Position numbers and translations under genes: made by a program. From NCBI RefSeq assembly GCF_002162375.1, contig NZ_CP021425.1:5953276-6017275 (forward strand): 64,000 nt of DNA, in the 5' to 3' direction. This stretch comes from Oleiphilus messinensis (GTDB taxonomy: Bacteria; Pseudomonadota; Gammaproteobacteria; Pseudomonadales; Oleiphilaceae). The notes below the pieces were generated by a model. It ran no database searches and was not told the origin of the DNA. It worked only from the letters and a program-made list of their open reading frames with translations. Below, piece after piece: positions 49,021-59,457 of the stretch (within the stretch, counting starts at the first letter, position 1; each line of letters begins with the position of its first letter).

Positions 49021-49998
49021 TTATCCTGCATTAATCATATCAAGCATTTCGATTGATGCTTCAACTTCTGCTTTTCGGACGGCAACGCTTTCGATGTTGC
49101 AGCCGATGGGAATATTCTTTTCGGCTGCATAGGCTCTGAGTTCCTTGTAACTTTGAACTGAAAACTCCACGGATTTCTGCAGAATATCTTCGGAGTGGAC
49201 TAATTCATTTTCCAGCCAACGGGGTATCTCGATCCCCAGCCACTTCATAAATTCCAGTGTTTTTCGGGAACCACAGGGGGTCAAGGTGAAGATGATCGGA
49301 GCCAGTTCAATGCCGTTTTCCTGGCCGTAGAAATAGTAATCCGATAAAAAGTTTTTGGAGGCATTTACGTCATACACGCCTTGTGAGACGAAAAACGAAC
49401 AGCCTTGCTGCATCTTGCTGAATACGCGCATGTGCTCGTCAAGCTTGGTCAGGTGTCGCTCGGGAATCGTCACACCACCGACCAAAAGCTCTGGATTGAG
49501 TTGTGAGCGCAATGCGTACGCTTCACGCATGGTCATCGTGACATCTTGATCCATGGACGATGCTCCCACGAACACGCTGAGTTCTTTCTCCGTATCAACG
49601 GCCTGAATGAACTGAGACAACGTATCCTTTGTGTATTTACCAACAGAACGATAAATGATCTTGGGCACATCTAACGCGGACAGGTACTCTCTGCTGTAGC
49701 GAAAGGAGTCCAGCGTTTCCATAAACGGGAATGGTCTTTTTTCACTGGTTCGGGACGATTCGTCCTGAATATCATATAACACCATGCCATCAATCGAGCG
49801 GCCTTTCAGGCGAGACATCTGCAACTCGGAAATTTCGCGGACCCGTTCCGGATCTGTGTCTTTTTTGGGCGGAACTATCCCGTAAAACACAATGCCGTCT
49901 TCACGATTCAAAATCTTGTTTCTGAGCATGCTTTCACCTGCGTAATTTTTTGACCAGAGTAGTGCTAATATAGATTCCAAAACGGAGCCATCGTACAA
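49021..49998 (-). CDS. methylenetetrahydrofolate reductase-like (MetF family) protein
   Basis: TIM-barrel MTHFR-like pattern (GIVFYGIVPPKKDT...); weak. Confidence 0.45.
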   Translation of the reverse strand: MYDGSVLESILALLWSKNYAGESMLRNKILNREDGIVFYGIVPPKKDTDPERVREISELQMSRLKGRSIDGMVLYDIQDESSRTSEKRPFPFMETLDSFRYSREYLSALDVPKIIYRSVGKYTKDTLSQFIQAVDTEKELSVFVGASSMDQDVTMTMREAYALRSQLNPELLVGGVTIPERHLTKLDEHMRVFSKMQQGCSFFVSQGVYDVNASKNFLSDYYFYGQENGIELAPIIFTLTPCGSRKTLEFMKWLGIEIPRWLENELVHSEDILQKSVEFSVQSYKELRAYAAEKNIPIGCNIESVAVRKAEVEASIEMLDMINAG

Positions 49999-50053
49999 GG
50001 ATGCCCCGGTAATTGAAACGGCTATTGAGAGAAATTTTAGTAACGCATTCCAG

Positions 50054-50947
50054 CTACTCCACTACAAATGGATTAGGCTGATTATGAATAAAATAGTCCC
50101 GATAGACTTTCTCATACACTTTATTGTCAGTATCCCACTCCTGACGATAATTGAGGTAAGCTTCAAAAAGCTCATCGCCCATCAGGCTGTTGAACTTTTC
50201 AATCACGGTATGGCCCAGTTTCGTATTTGAACAGGCTGCAGCGACCTGCTTGTAAGTCATCCCCTCATCAAGGTAATAGAAGCGGTATTGATCTGGCCGC
50301 TTTTTGATTTTTAATTCGGTGTAGTGCGTAATGCGCTGGCGAATAATGTAATCGACTCGTCCCCTGTCCAAGTACTCCACACTCATTTCATTCCGGCTAT
50401 TGCTGAATTCCTTTATATTTCCATTATTCATGCGCGCAAGCAGTGTGCTTTTAAGCTGGGGGTATCGGGAGTTATCCGTCCCCTGGATCATTAATGGCAG
50501 CATTCCCACTTGAAAGTCGGTGTCATCCAGCAATGCCTTTAAAGATACACTTTCTTTGTCCGCATATCGTTTTGCCAATTCAGAATCACGTTGTGTGACA
50601 ATGCCGAATCTGGGAGTGAAGCCATAGGGCTTGGAATAGAGAATTTTATCAGGCCAGTAGCCCAGCCAGAGATGAACGGTACAAACGTTTCCAGAATCCC
50701 AGGAACGGTCTAATCGGCTTATGGATTGAAATTCAGTGGAGTGGGCATACTCAGGGAAGCGCTTTATCGTATCGGCCAGGAATTTATCGAGGTAACCTTG
50801 GTTGGCAAATTCACCGTCCTCAATATATTCGGGTACCAGTTTCCATTTTACCCAGAGAATTTTTTCTTTCGCCATCACGCCAGAACTAAAGCTGAGGATC
50901 ACCAATACGATGGGTAACACCAATTGTAGGAAGACTGGTCGCTTCAT
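50054..50947 (-). CDS. hypothetical secreted protein
   Basis: Signal peptide MKRPVFLQLVLPIVLVILSFSSGVMA. Confidence 0.4.
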   Translation of the reverse strand: MKRPVFLQLVLPIVLVILSFSSGVMAKEKILWVKWKLVPEYIEDGEFANQGYLDKFLADTIKRFPEYAHSTEFQSISRLDRSWDSGNVCTVHLWLGYWPDKILYSKPYGFTPRFGIVTQRDSELAKRYADKESVSLKALLDDTDFQVGMLPLMIQGTDNSRYPQLKSTLLARMNNGNIKEFSNSRNEMSVEYLDRGRVDYIIRQRITHYTELKIKKRPDQYRFYYLDEGMTYKQVAAACSNTKLGHTVIEKFNSLMGDELFEAYLNYRQEWDTDNKVYEKVYRDYFIHNQPNPFVVE

Positions 50948-51205
50948 CTATTCTCTGAATGCATGGCTATCGCCTTTATTTTACTGAACGCTGCACAACA
51001 ATGTTCTCCGTATACTCTGAAGTATAGACCAAACGCTATTGAGTTTGGCTGACATGAAGTTGAGTTACTCGACAGGCGTCAAATTGGCAACAGGACGGAA
51101 CCAAGTCAGTGCCGCGTTGAGCTTACATCAGTTGCTACAGATAGTATGACAGTCGAATACTTCCGAATCGGCTGCCATACTACTGAAAACGCGACAGAAA
51201 ATGTG

Positions 51206-52393
51206 TTAGAAGGCATCACCGGGGATACGAACCCAGCCTTCCATGAGGATGCGGGCACTACGGCTCATGATGGCCTTGGTCACCGTCCACTCACCTTCAA
51301 CCTGTTTGGCCTCTGCACCCACTTTCAACGTACCGGAAGGGTGGCCAAAGCGAACGGATTCCCGATCTCCACCACCTGCAGCCAAATTAACCAATGTACC
51401 GGGTATCGCCGCTGCAGTACCAATGGCGACCGCTGCGGTCCCCATCATGGCATGGTGTAACTTGCCCATGGACAAGGCACGAACCAAAAGATCCACATCA
51501 CTCGCGGCTACGGTTTTACCGCTGGAGGAGGTGTAATCCTGAGCCGGCGCAACAAACGCGACCTTGGGTGTATGCTGGCGACCCGCGGCCTCTTCAATGG
51601 ACTTGATCAATCCCATTTTAACCGCACCGTGGGCACGAATGGTTTCAAACATCTCTAATGCCTTGGCATCGTTATTAATCGCATCCTGCAGCTCGGTACC
51701 GGTGTAGTTGATGTCCGAAGCATTGACGAAGATCGTCGGGATGCCCGCATCGATCAGCGTTGCTTTCAGGGTTCCAACACCCGGCACGTCCAGGTCATCC
51801 ACCAGGTTGCCGGTGGGGAACATGGAACCGCCACCTTCGTCATCCGCAGCAGGATCCATAAATTCCAACTGGACTTCCGCCGCCGGGAAGGTTACGCCAT
51901 CCAACTCGAAATCACCGGTTTCCTGCACTTCGCCTGCGGTCATCGGCACCTTGGCAATAATGGTTTTGCCGATGTTCGCCTGCCAGATACGCACAGTAGC
52001 AACCCCGTTTTCCGGGAGATTCGCCGCATCCACCAGACCGCTGCTGATCGCGAATGAACCCACTGCCGCAGACAGGTTGCCACAATTACCACTCCAGTCA
52101 ACAAATGCCTTGTCGATTGACACCTGGCCAAATAGATAATCAACATCGTGATCCGGTTGACTGCTCTTGGACAATATTACGGTTTTACTGGTACTTGAGG
52201 TCGCCCCGCCCATACCATCGATTTGCTTGCCATAGGGGTCGGGACTGCCGATCACACGTAACAGTATGGCATCTCGGGCTGCACCGGGTGCCTGTGCAGC
52301 TTCCGGCAAATCCTGCAGTCGAAAGAATACGCCTTTACTGGTCCCGCCACGGATATAAGTCGCAGGAATTTTAATTTGAGGTACATGAGTCAT
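51206..52393 (-). CDS. prpF: 2-methylaconitate cis-trans isomerase PrpF
   Basis: MTHVPQIKIPATYIRGGTSKGVFF is the PrpF N-terminus; ORF extends to 52420 but that start abuts a hairpin. Confidence 0.8.
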   Translation of the reverse strand: MTHVPQIKIPATYIRGGTSKGVFFRLQDLPEAAQAPGAARDAILLRVIGSPDPYGKQIDGMGGATSSTSKTVILSKSSQPDHDVDYLFGQVSIDKAFVDWSGNCGNLSAAVGSFAISSGLVDAANLPENGVATVRIWQANIGKTIIAKVPMTAGEVQETGDFELDGVTFPAAEVQLEFMDPAADDEGGGSMFPTGNLVDDLDVPGVGTLKATLIDAGIPTIFVNASDINYTGTELQDAINNDAKALEMFETIRAHGAVKMGLIKSIEEAAGRQHTPKVAFVAPAQDYTSSSGKTVAASDVDLLVRALSMGKLHHAMMGTAAVAIGTAAAIPGTLVNLAAGGGDRESVRFGHPSGTLKVGAEAKQVEGEWTVTKAIMSRSARILMEGWVRIPGDAF

Positions 52394-52424
52394 AGACAAA
52401 ACACCTGAAGAGAAAAACATGACA

Positions 52425-52456
52425 CAACAACCCGGGCAGACATACCCGGGTTGTTG
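52425..52456 (-). terminator. intra-operon hairpin between acnD and prpF (12-bp perfect stem CAACAACCCGGG, 8-nt loop) followed by U-rich tract on the transcript
   Basis: Read directly; on minus-strand transcript the hairpin is followed by UGUCAUGUUUUUCUCUU. Confidence 0.4.
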
Positions 52457-52496
52457 TAGAGACAGCAGTTTGGCTTAATAGAGCATCGTACTCTGA

Positions 52497-55088
52497 TTAA
52501 GCTGACTCAGCTTCCAAAAAGTCCTGGGCAAAGCGCTGGAGCACACCACCCGCTTCGTAAATGGAAACTTCTTCCGCTGTGTCCAGACGACAGGTGACTG
52601 GAACTTCAACCTGCTCACCGTTTTGACGATGAATAACCAAGGTCAGTGTTGCACGTGGATTGCGTTCACCGATAACGTCATAGGTCTCAGTGCCATCCAG
52701 TTCCAGCGTATTGCGGTTGGTGCCGTCCTGGAATTGCAAAGGCAATACCCCCATACCGATCAGGTTGGTACGGTGAATACGCTCAAATCCTTCGGCAACA
52801 ATCGCCTCAACCCCTGCCAGACGCACCCCTTTCGCAGCCCAGTCCCGGGAAGAGCCTTGACCATAGTCCGCACCGGCTACCACAATCAGCGGCTGCTTGC
52901 GTTCCATATAGGTCTCGATCGCTTCCCACATTCGGGAAACCTGACCTTCCGGTTCTACACGAGCCAGAGAGCCCTGTTTGACTGCACCACTTTCGTCGCG
53001 CACCATCTCATTCAGCAATTTCGGGTTTGCCAGCGTCGCCCGCTGTGCAGTCAAGTGGTCACCACGGTGAGTCGCATAGGAGTTAAAGTCTTCTTCCGGC
53101 AGGCCCATTTTCGCCAGGTATTCGCCTGCGGCACTGCTGGCCAGAATCGCATTGGAAGGAGACAGGTGATCGGTTGTAATGTTATCACCCAAAACCGCCA
53201 GTGGTCGCATGCCTTTCAGGGTACGTTCTGCGGCCAGAGCGCCTTCCCAGTAGGGTGGTCGACGAATGTACGTGCTTTGTGGGCGCCAGTCATACAACGG
53301 GCTTTCTGCGCGCTCGATTGCCCCCAGATCAAACATCGGAATGTAAACATCACGGAACTGCTGAGGTTTAACGTATTCGCCGACAATTGCATCGATTTCT
53401 TCGTCGGAGGGCCAGATATCTTTCAAGGTGATCGGGTTACCTTCACTATCGGTACCCAAAACATCTTTTTCAATATCGAACCGTACCGTACCCGCAATCG
53501 CATAGGCCACGACCAGCGGTGGTGATGCCAAAAATGCCTGCTTGGCGTACGGGTGAATTCGACCGTCAAAGTTACGGTTGCCCGAAAGTACGGCTGTCGA
53601 ATAAAGATCCCGATCAATGATTTCTTGCTGAATCTTCGGATCCAATGCACCACTCATACCGTTACAGGTGGTACAGGCAAAGGCCACAATACCAAAGCCC
53701 AGTTTTTCCAGATCAGCCAGCAGATTTGACTCTTTAAGATACAACTCTGCTACTTTGGAGCCCGGTGCGAAAGACGACTTAACCCATGGCTTGCGAATCA
53801 GACCCAGTTCGTTGGCTTTCCGTGCCAAAAGGCCAGCGGCAACCACGTTACGAGGGTTACTGGTGTTGGTACAGGAGGTAATTGCAGCAATAATTACTGC
53901 ACCATCCGGCATTTCGCCTTCTTTCTCTTCCCAACTACCGGCGATGCCTTTGGAGGCCAGATCTGAAGTGGCGACCCGTGCATGGGGGTTGGATGGTCCC
54001 GCAATGTTACGGACAACTGCAGACAAATCAAAGCTCAATACCCGCTCGTATTCTGCACCTTGCAAACTGTCAGCCCACAGGCCGGTCTCTTTGGCGTAGT
54101 TTTCAACCAGTTCTACCTGTGCCGGCTCACGTCCAGTCAGTTTCAGGTAATCAATCGTTTGTTCGTCGATGTAGAACATGGCTGCGGTTGCACCATACTC
54201 CGGAGTCATATTGGAAATGGTTGCCCGATCTCCAATAGTCAGACTGGATGCGCCTTCGCCGAAGAATTCCAGGTAAGCACCCACAACGCGCTCTTTACGC
54301 AGGTATTCGGTCAACGCCAGGACAATATCCGTGGCCGTAATACCGGGCTGGCGCTTGCCTTTCAGTTCAACACCCACAATGTCCGGCAGACGCATCATGG
54401 ACGCGCGACCCAGCATAACCGTCTCGGCTTCCAGACCGCCCACGCCCACAGAAATAACCCCCAGGGCATCAACGTGAGGCGTGTGGCTATCGGTGCCCAC
54501 ACAGGTATCCGGGAATGCAATACCATCGCGGGATTGCACAACAGGTGACATTTTCTCCAGATTAATCTGGTGCATGATGCCATTACCGGCCGGAATCACA
54601 TCCACATTTTCAAATGCGGTTTTAGTCCATTCAATAAAGTGGAAACGGTCTTCGTTGCGGCGCTCTTCGATTTCACGGTTCTTGGCAAACGCATCAGGGT
54701 CAAAACCGCCGCACTCAACGGCCAGGGAGTGATCCACAATCAATTGCGTCGGCACCACAGGATTTACTTTGGAGGGGTCGCCACCTTTTTCAGCAATGGC
54801 GTCTCGCAGACCTGCCAGGTCCACCAGTGCGGTCTGGCCCAGAATGTCATGACAAACAACACGCGCGGGATACCATGGAAAGTCCAGATCACGTTTGCGT
54901 TCGATTAACTGGGTCAGGGAGTCAGTCAGCTTTTCCGGTTCACAACGTCGCACCAACTGTTCAGCCAGGATGCGGGAGGTGTACGGCAGGCCATCATAGG
55001 CTCCGGGTTTTATCGCATCAACCGCGGCACGGGTGTCAAAATAATCCAGATTGCTGCCCGGGAGGGATTTACGGTATTCAGTATTCAT
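52497..55088 (-). CDS. acnD: Fe/S-dependent 2-methylisocitrate dehydratase AcnD (aconitase family)
   Basis: Aconitase A-like 860+ aa with Cys ligands (CTNTSNP, ACTTCNG); start MNTEYRK at 55088 preferred over 55112. Confidence 0.9.
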   Translation of the reverse strand: MNTEYRKSLPGSNLDYFDTRAAVDAIKPGAYDGLPYTSRILAEQLVRRCEPEKLTDSLTQLIERKRDLDFPWYPARVVCHDILGQTALVDLAGLRDAIAEKGGDPSKVNPVVPTQLIVDHSLAVECGGFDPDAFAKNREIEERRNEDRFHFIEWTKTAFENVDVIPAGNGIMHQINLEKMSPVVQSRDGIAFPDTCVGTDSHTPHVDALGVISVGVGGLEAETVMLGRASMMRLPDIVGVELKGKRQPGITATDIVLALTEYLRKERVVGAYLEFFGEGASSLTIGDRATISNMTPEYGATAAMFYIDEQTIDYLKLTGREPAQVELVENYAKETGLWADSLQGAEYERVLSFDLSAVVRNIAGPSNPHARVATSDLASKGIAGSWEEKEGEMPDGAVIIAAITSCTNTSNPRNVVAAGLLARKANELGLIRKPWVKSSFAPGSKVAELYLKESNLLADLEKLGFGIVAFACTTCNGMSGALDPKIQQEIIDRDLYSTAVLSGNRNFDGRIHPYAKQAFLASPPLVVAYAIAGTVRFDIEKDVLGTDSEGNPITLKDIWPSDEEIDAIVGEYVKPQQFRDVYIPMFDLGAIERAESPLYDWRPQSTYIRRPPYWEGALAAERTLKGMRPLAVLGDNITTDHLSPSNAILASSAAGEYLAKMGLPEEDFNSYATHRGDHLTAQRATLANPKLLNEMVRDESGAVKQGSLARVEPEGQVSRMWEAIETYMERKQPLIVVAGADYGQGSSRDWAAKGVRLAGVEAIVAEGFERIHRTNLIGMGVLPLQFQDGTNRNTLELDGTETYDVIGERNPRATLTLVIHRQNGEQVEVPVTCRLDTAEEVSIYEAGGVLQRFAQDFLEAESA

Positions 55089-55160
55089 TTTACTCGCTCT
55101 TAATAACGACATCAGGCTGCCCGTTCAGCAGCCTGATAAATAGCATCAAATCGACAGGGA

Positions 55161-56282
55161 TTATCGTGCGCTGATTGGCGTAACGGTGCGGAAATCTTCT
55201 CCCACGTATTCGGCACTGGGTCGAATAATGCGGTTATCTGCACGTTGCTCCATCACATGAGCAGCCCAGCCGGTCAGTCGGCTGCAAACGAAAATCGGCG
55301 TGAACAATTTGGTTGGAATACCCATGTAGTTGTATGCCGATGCATGGAAAAAGTCTGCATTACAGAACAATTTTTTCTCACGCCACATAACCGCTTCACA
55401 ACGAACCGAAATGTCATACAACGAACTGTTGCCATTTTCTGCCGCCAGTTTCTCAGACCATCCCTTGATAACAGCGTTACGTGGATCGGATTCGCTGTAA
55501 ATGGCGTGTCCGAAGCCCATGATTTTTTCTTTGCGCTCCAGCATGCCCATTAACTTTTGTTCTGCATCTTCAGGGTCGTTCATTCCCTCGATCAGTTCCA
55601 TTGCCGCTTCGTTAGCACCGCCGTGCAATGGTCCGCGCAGAGAGCCAATCGCTCCGGTGATACAGGAGTGGATATCACTCAGGGTTGAAGCACAAACGCG
55701 CGCGGTAAAGGTTGACGCATTAAACTCATGCTCGGCATAAAGAATCAACGACGCATGCATGACTTTGGTGTGCAGCTCGGATGGTTTCTTACCGTGCAAT
55801 GTCCACAGGAATTGCTCCGCCAGAGATTCTGCACCGGTCTCAACCTCAATACGCTCATTGTTATGGCTGAAGTTGTACCAGTAGTTGATCATACCGGGGA
55901 ATGCGGCCAGCATACGATCGGTAGCGTCTTGCTGTTCACTGAAATCGTTTTCTGTTTCCAGGTTACCCAGCATGGAACAACCGGTACGCATGACATCCAT
56001 CGGGTGTGCAGATGCAGGAATACGCTCCAGAACCTCTTTCAATGGCTGTGGCAACGCTCGCATGCTTTTCAATTTTGCCTTGTATGCATCCAGTTCGGCT
56101 TGATTGGGTAAATTACCTTTCAAAACCAGATAGGCCACTTCTTCAAACTCACAGTTGGCCGCCAGATCCTTAACATCGTAACCCCGATAGGTTAGACCCG
56201 ATCCTTCTTTACCTACTGTTGATAATGCTGTTTTTCCCGCTACCTGACCACGCAGTCCTGCGCCACTCAACTGTTTTGCCAT
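55161..56282 (-). CDS. prpC: 2-methylcitrate synthase PrpC
   Basis: Citrate synthase family motifs (GPLHGGANE, MGFGHAIY). Confidence 0.9.
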   Translation of the reverse strand: MAKQLSGAGLRGQVAGKTALSTVGKEGSGLTYRGYDVKDLAANCEFEEVAYLVLKGNLPNQAELDAYKAKLKSMRALPQPLKEVLERIPASAHPMDVMRTGCSMLGNLETENDFSEQQDATDRMLAAFPGMINYWYNFSHNNERIEVETGAESLAEQFLWTLHGKKPSELHTKVMHASLILYAEHEFNASTFTARVCASTLSDIHSCITGAIGSLRGPLHGGANEAAMELIEGMNDPEDAEQKLMGMLERKEKIMGFGHAIYSESDPRNAVIKGWSEKLAAENGNSSLYDISVRCEAVMWREKKLFCNADFFHASAYNYMGIPTKLFTPIFVCSRLTGWAAHVMEQRADNRIIRPSAEYVGEDFRTVTPISAR

Positions 56283-56398
56283 TACTTCTCTCCCGTGTTT
56301 CGCATATCAATTTAGTTCGACCAGTATGCTTTGAACACACGCACAATCGACGTATATCCACTATCGACGCCTGTCCAGCATACTCACGTTGCGCAGTA

Positions 56399-57286
56399 TT
56401 ATTTGTTTTTGCCTTCCGCAAACAAGGCATCCAGTTTCTGTTCGAAATCGTGATAGTTCAGATAATCATACAATTCCATGCGGGTTTGCATCAGGTCAAC
56501 GACATCTTTTTGATCGCCTTTCTCCAGAATGCTGGAGTAAACCATCTCAGCCGCTTTGTTCATCGCCCGGAAAGCACTCAATGGATACAGCACCATCGCC
56601 GCGCCCCATTCACCCAGCTGCTCACGATTCCACAGCTCAGTTTGGCCGAATTCTGTGATATTCGCCAAGATCGGTACGCTCAGAGCCTCGGAAAATGCGC
56701 GGTAATGCTCTTCCGTCTTGATGGCTTCTGCAAAAATACCATCGGCTCCTGCTTCAACACAGGCCTGTGCACGCTCGATTGCCGCATCCAGTCCTTCCTG
56801 GGCAAAGGCATCGGTTCTTGCCATGATAAAGAAACTTTCATCCTGACGTGCATCTACCGCCGCTTTGATACGATCAACCATTTCCTGTTGGGAAACAATT
56901 TCCTTGTTGGGTCTGTGGCCGCAACGCTTTTGCGCGACCTGATCTTCCAGGTGCACTGCTGCTGCACCGGCCTTTTCCATTTGCTGAATGGTGCGTGCAA
57001 TATTAAACGCACCACCCCAACCGGTATCAATATCAACCAGCAATGGCAGCGTTGTTGCGGAAGTAATGCGACGAACATCCTCTACAACATCATTCAGCGA
57101 AGTCATGCCCAGATCAGGCAAACCGTATGAGGCATTGGCCACACCACCACCGGAGAGATAGATTGCTTTGTGCCCGATGCGCTCGGCCATCATCGCCGCA
57201 TAAGCATTGATGGTGCCTACAATTTGCAAAGGTTTGTTTTCTTCCAGCGCTTGGCGAAAGCGCTGGCCTGGTGACTGCTGTGACAT
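56399..57286 (-). CDS. prpB: 2-methylisocitrate lyase PrpB
   Basis: PEP mutase/ICL family, KRCGH catalytic motif, EDQV. Confidence 0.9.
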   Translation of the reverse strand: MSQQSPGQRFRQALEENKPLQIVGTINAYAAMMAERIGHKAIYLSGGGVANASYGLPDLGMTSLNDVVEDVRRITSATTLPLLVDIDTGWGGAFNIARTIQQMEKAGAAAVHLEDQVAQKRCGHRPNKEIVSQQEMVDRIKAAVDARQDESFFIMARTDAFAQEGLDAAIERAQACVEAGADGIFAEAIKTEEHYRAFSEALSVPILANITEFGQTELWNREQLGEWGAAMVLYPLSAFRAMNKAAEMVYSSILEKGDQKDVVDLMQTRMELYDYLNYHDFEQKLDALFAEGKNK

Positions 57287-57310
57287 GGGTTAGGCCTCCC
57301 GTTGATTGGT

Positions 57311-57976
57311 TCAAATTTCCTGAAAACGTTTCTCGATGTTTGTCCGTGCCGAAGCAATATGGCGACGCATTAACATTTCGGCCAATTCCGGATCACGGTT
57401 TTCGATGGCATCGAGGATTTGAGTGTGTTCTTTAAGGGCTTTTTGTGGACGTCCCTCGGATGTACTGAAACGGCATCGATACATGCGGATGAGATGGTAC
57501 AAGTCGCCAAAAAGCAGATTCATTAATTTCTGGTTTCCGGCACCTTGGGCGATGCGGTAGTGAAAGTCGAGATTACCTTCTTCCTGATAATAGACCTGCC
57601 CTTCTGAAGCATTTATTTCCCGAGCGTGCTGTTCCAGAAGTAAACGTAAATTGTCGATGTCCGCCTGTGGCATATGCTGCGCCGCCAATCGGCAGGCCAT
57701 ACCTTCAAGGGCCTCGCGAACAAAGTAAATTTGCAACAGCTCATCAATCCCCAAACTGACAACTGTAATTCCAACATGGGGCTTTTTGATCAGTAATCCG
57801 CGCCCCTCAAGACGGCGCACGGCATCCCGAAGCGGTGCACGACTGACGCCAAACATCGTCGCTAATTCTGACTCACTGACCCGCTGCCCAGCGGCAAACT
57901 TGCCCTCCACAATCGCATTTTGCAATTGCTCAAAAACTTCATCAGAGCGGGTTCGACTTGTCGCGTTCGGTATCAT
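57311..57976 (-). CDS. prpR: GntR-family (FCD) regulator of the methylcitrate operon
   Basis: wHTH (SESELATMFGVSRAPLRDAVRRLE) plus FCD domain; palindromic operator 6 nt upstream of the start proposed at 57976 (ORF could extend to 58012). Confidence 0.75.
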   Translation of the reverse strand: MIPNATSRTRSDEVFEQLQNAIVEGKFAAGQRVSESELATMFGVSRAPLRDAVRRLEGRGLLIKKPHVGITVVSLGIDELLQIYFVREALEGMACRLAAQHMPQADIDNLRLLLEQHAREINASEGQVYYQEEGNLDFHYRIAQGAGNQKLMNLLFGDLYHLIRMYRCRFSTSEGRPQKALKEHTQILDAIENRDPELAEMLMRRHIASARTNIEKRFQEI

Positions 57977-57981
57977 CTGAC

Positions 57982-57993
57982 ATTGTATACAAT
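57982..57993. promoter_or_regulatory. perfect palindrome ATTGTATACAAT, putative GntR/PrpR operator (site 1)
   Basis: 12-bp palindrome immediately upstream of prpR start; identical copy at 58055-58066. Confidence 0.5.
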
Positions 57994-58054
57994 TAGTTAA
58001 AAGTGGTGCCAATAATAGTCTTCACAGCGTAATTGTCAACTTTTCAACCAATTT

Positions 58055-58066
58055 ATTGTATACAAT
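58055..58066. promoter_or_regulatory. perfect palindrome ATTGTATACAAT (site 2)
   Basis: Second identical copy 73 bp from site 1 in the prpR / substrate-binding-protein divergent region. Confidence 0.5.
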
Positions 58067-58511
58067 TAATTTGAACACACTACTCACAATACAATATAGA
58101 TGTAGTGTTTTGGTCAAAAAACAATGCTAGACTAAGTTTAAGAAAGCGAATAAGCGATAAGGAAGTCAACTGCGTTTGAGTCCGAGTAGCTTATGTTCGG
58201 GTGACAGATTCCTGTTATACCTATCAGTGTTTATGCTACCAGTGTTCATGCTATTAATGTCCATATAACCGATGTCCGTGCAAACAATGTGCGCACTGAA
58301 AGCTCCCGTCTTGGGTAACAGTCATACCGTAACGCCCATTGATAAAAAATTGGATCATTAACAGTACTGGCCAAAATTTAAATGTAAGCAAATGTTAAAT
58401 CTCGGGGTTTTGCGTGGTAATGCAAATGCTCAAACAGCTGCATCGCTATTTATTTCCACCCCAATCTGGGACAATTGTGCACATTAAATGCTGTCACTGT
58501 CCGAGGAGTAA

Positions 58512-59408
58512 GTGCGCATGCCATACATCGAAAAAATGGGTTTAAGTTATCTTGCACTGATTCTGTTTTGCATCGCAAATCTGGCCCATGCATCCTGCTC
58601 GAAAACAATTGTGGTGAATCAGGCCAGCTGGAAACCGTATATGTACACTGATCTGTCAGGCAAACATGCTGGCCTGGATCATGAACTGGTTAAGCATATT
58701 CTGACATTGGCAGGCTGCGACTTTGAGTTTGTGGAGTTTCCTTCCCGTCGCGCACTGTTCGAGTTGGAGAAAGGCCGAATCGATATGGTTGCTGGCGCAT
58801 CAATTACGCCAGAACGGGAAATCTATGGGCGGTTTACCACCAGTTATCGTGATGAAACGATGGTAATCTTCATTCGCAGACAGAATCAGGGTCATTTCCC
58901 GGCGGTAAATCTGGAACAAATGCTCGATACCCATCAAATTATCATGGGTGCGGTCATTGGTGCTTACTATGGTGAGCAATTCTCCCGGCTAAACCAGAAA
59001 AAACTTACCCAGAATAATCAATTGATTCTGATGAAGAACAATAAAAACCTGCTTTCGCTGCTGTCCCTCAATCGAATTGATGCCGCAGTTGGCGACAAGA
59101 TCAGTCTCAGCGTAATGGCAAATGAGATGGGCATCGGAGAAGATTTTGCGGTTCATGACCTCATACTCAATCAGGATTTCGTCCACCTACTGCTGAGCAA
59201 ACGATCAACCACAGTAGAAGACCTGCACAAAATCAACAAGGCCATCGAAGTATTCACCCAGTCAGATGTGTATACAGACTTGCTGAGCCGTTACGGGTTG
59301 CAGCGGAATCGCGGACAAAACCGAGAAGAACTGAAGCTCGGCGATGATGCGCTGGGATATATTTATTCTCCTGCGCATCATTCTGGATCCAGCATAGGAT
59401 CATTCTGA
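58512..59408 (+). CDS. periplasmic substrate-binding protein, family 3 (amino-acid ABC type)
   Basis: Signal peptide; SBP_bac_3-like pattern. Confidence 0.7.
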   Translation: MRMPYIEKMGLSYLALILFCIANLAHASCSKTIVVNQASWKPYMYTDLSGKHAGLDHELVKHILTLAGCDFEFVEFPSRRALFELEKGRIDMVAGASITPEREIYGRFTTSYRDETMVIFIRRQNQGHFPAVNLEQMLDTHQIIMGAVIGAYYGEQFSRLNQKKLTQNNQLILMKNNKNLLSLLSLNRIDAAVGDKISLSVMANEMGIGEDFAVHDLILNQDFVHLLLSKRSTTVEDLHKINKAIEVFTQSDVYTDLLSRYGLQRNRGQNREELKLGDDALGYIYSPAHHSGSSIGSF

Positions 59409-59457
59409 GCAAACGGGCAAGACAGTCCGGTTTCTTACTGACCCGTATTAAGGCCCA

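Noticed and set aside
56283-56398. Short direct repeat ATCGACG x2 in the prpC-prpB spacer
   Set aside because: Too short to distinguish from chance
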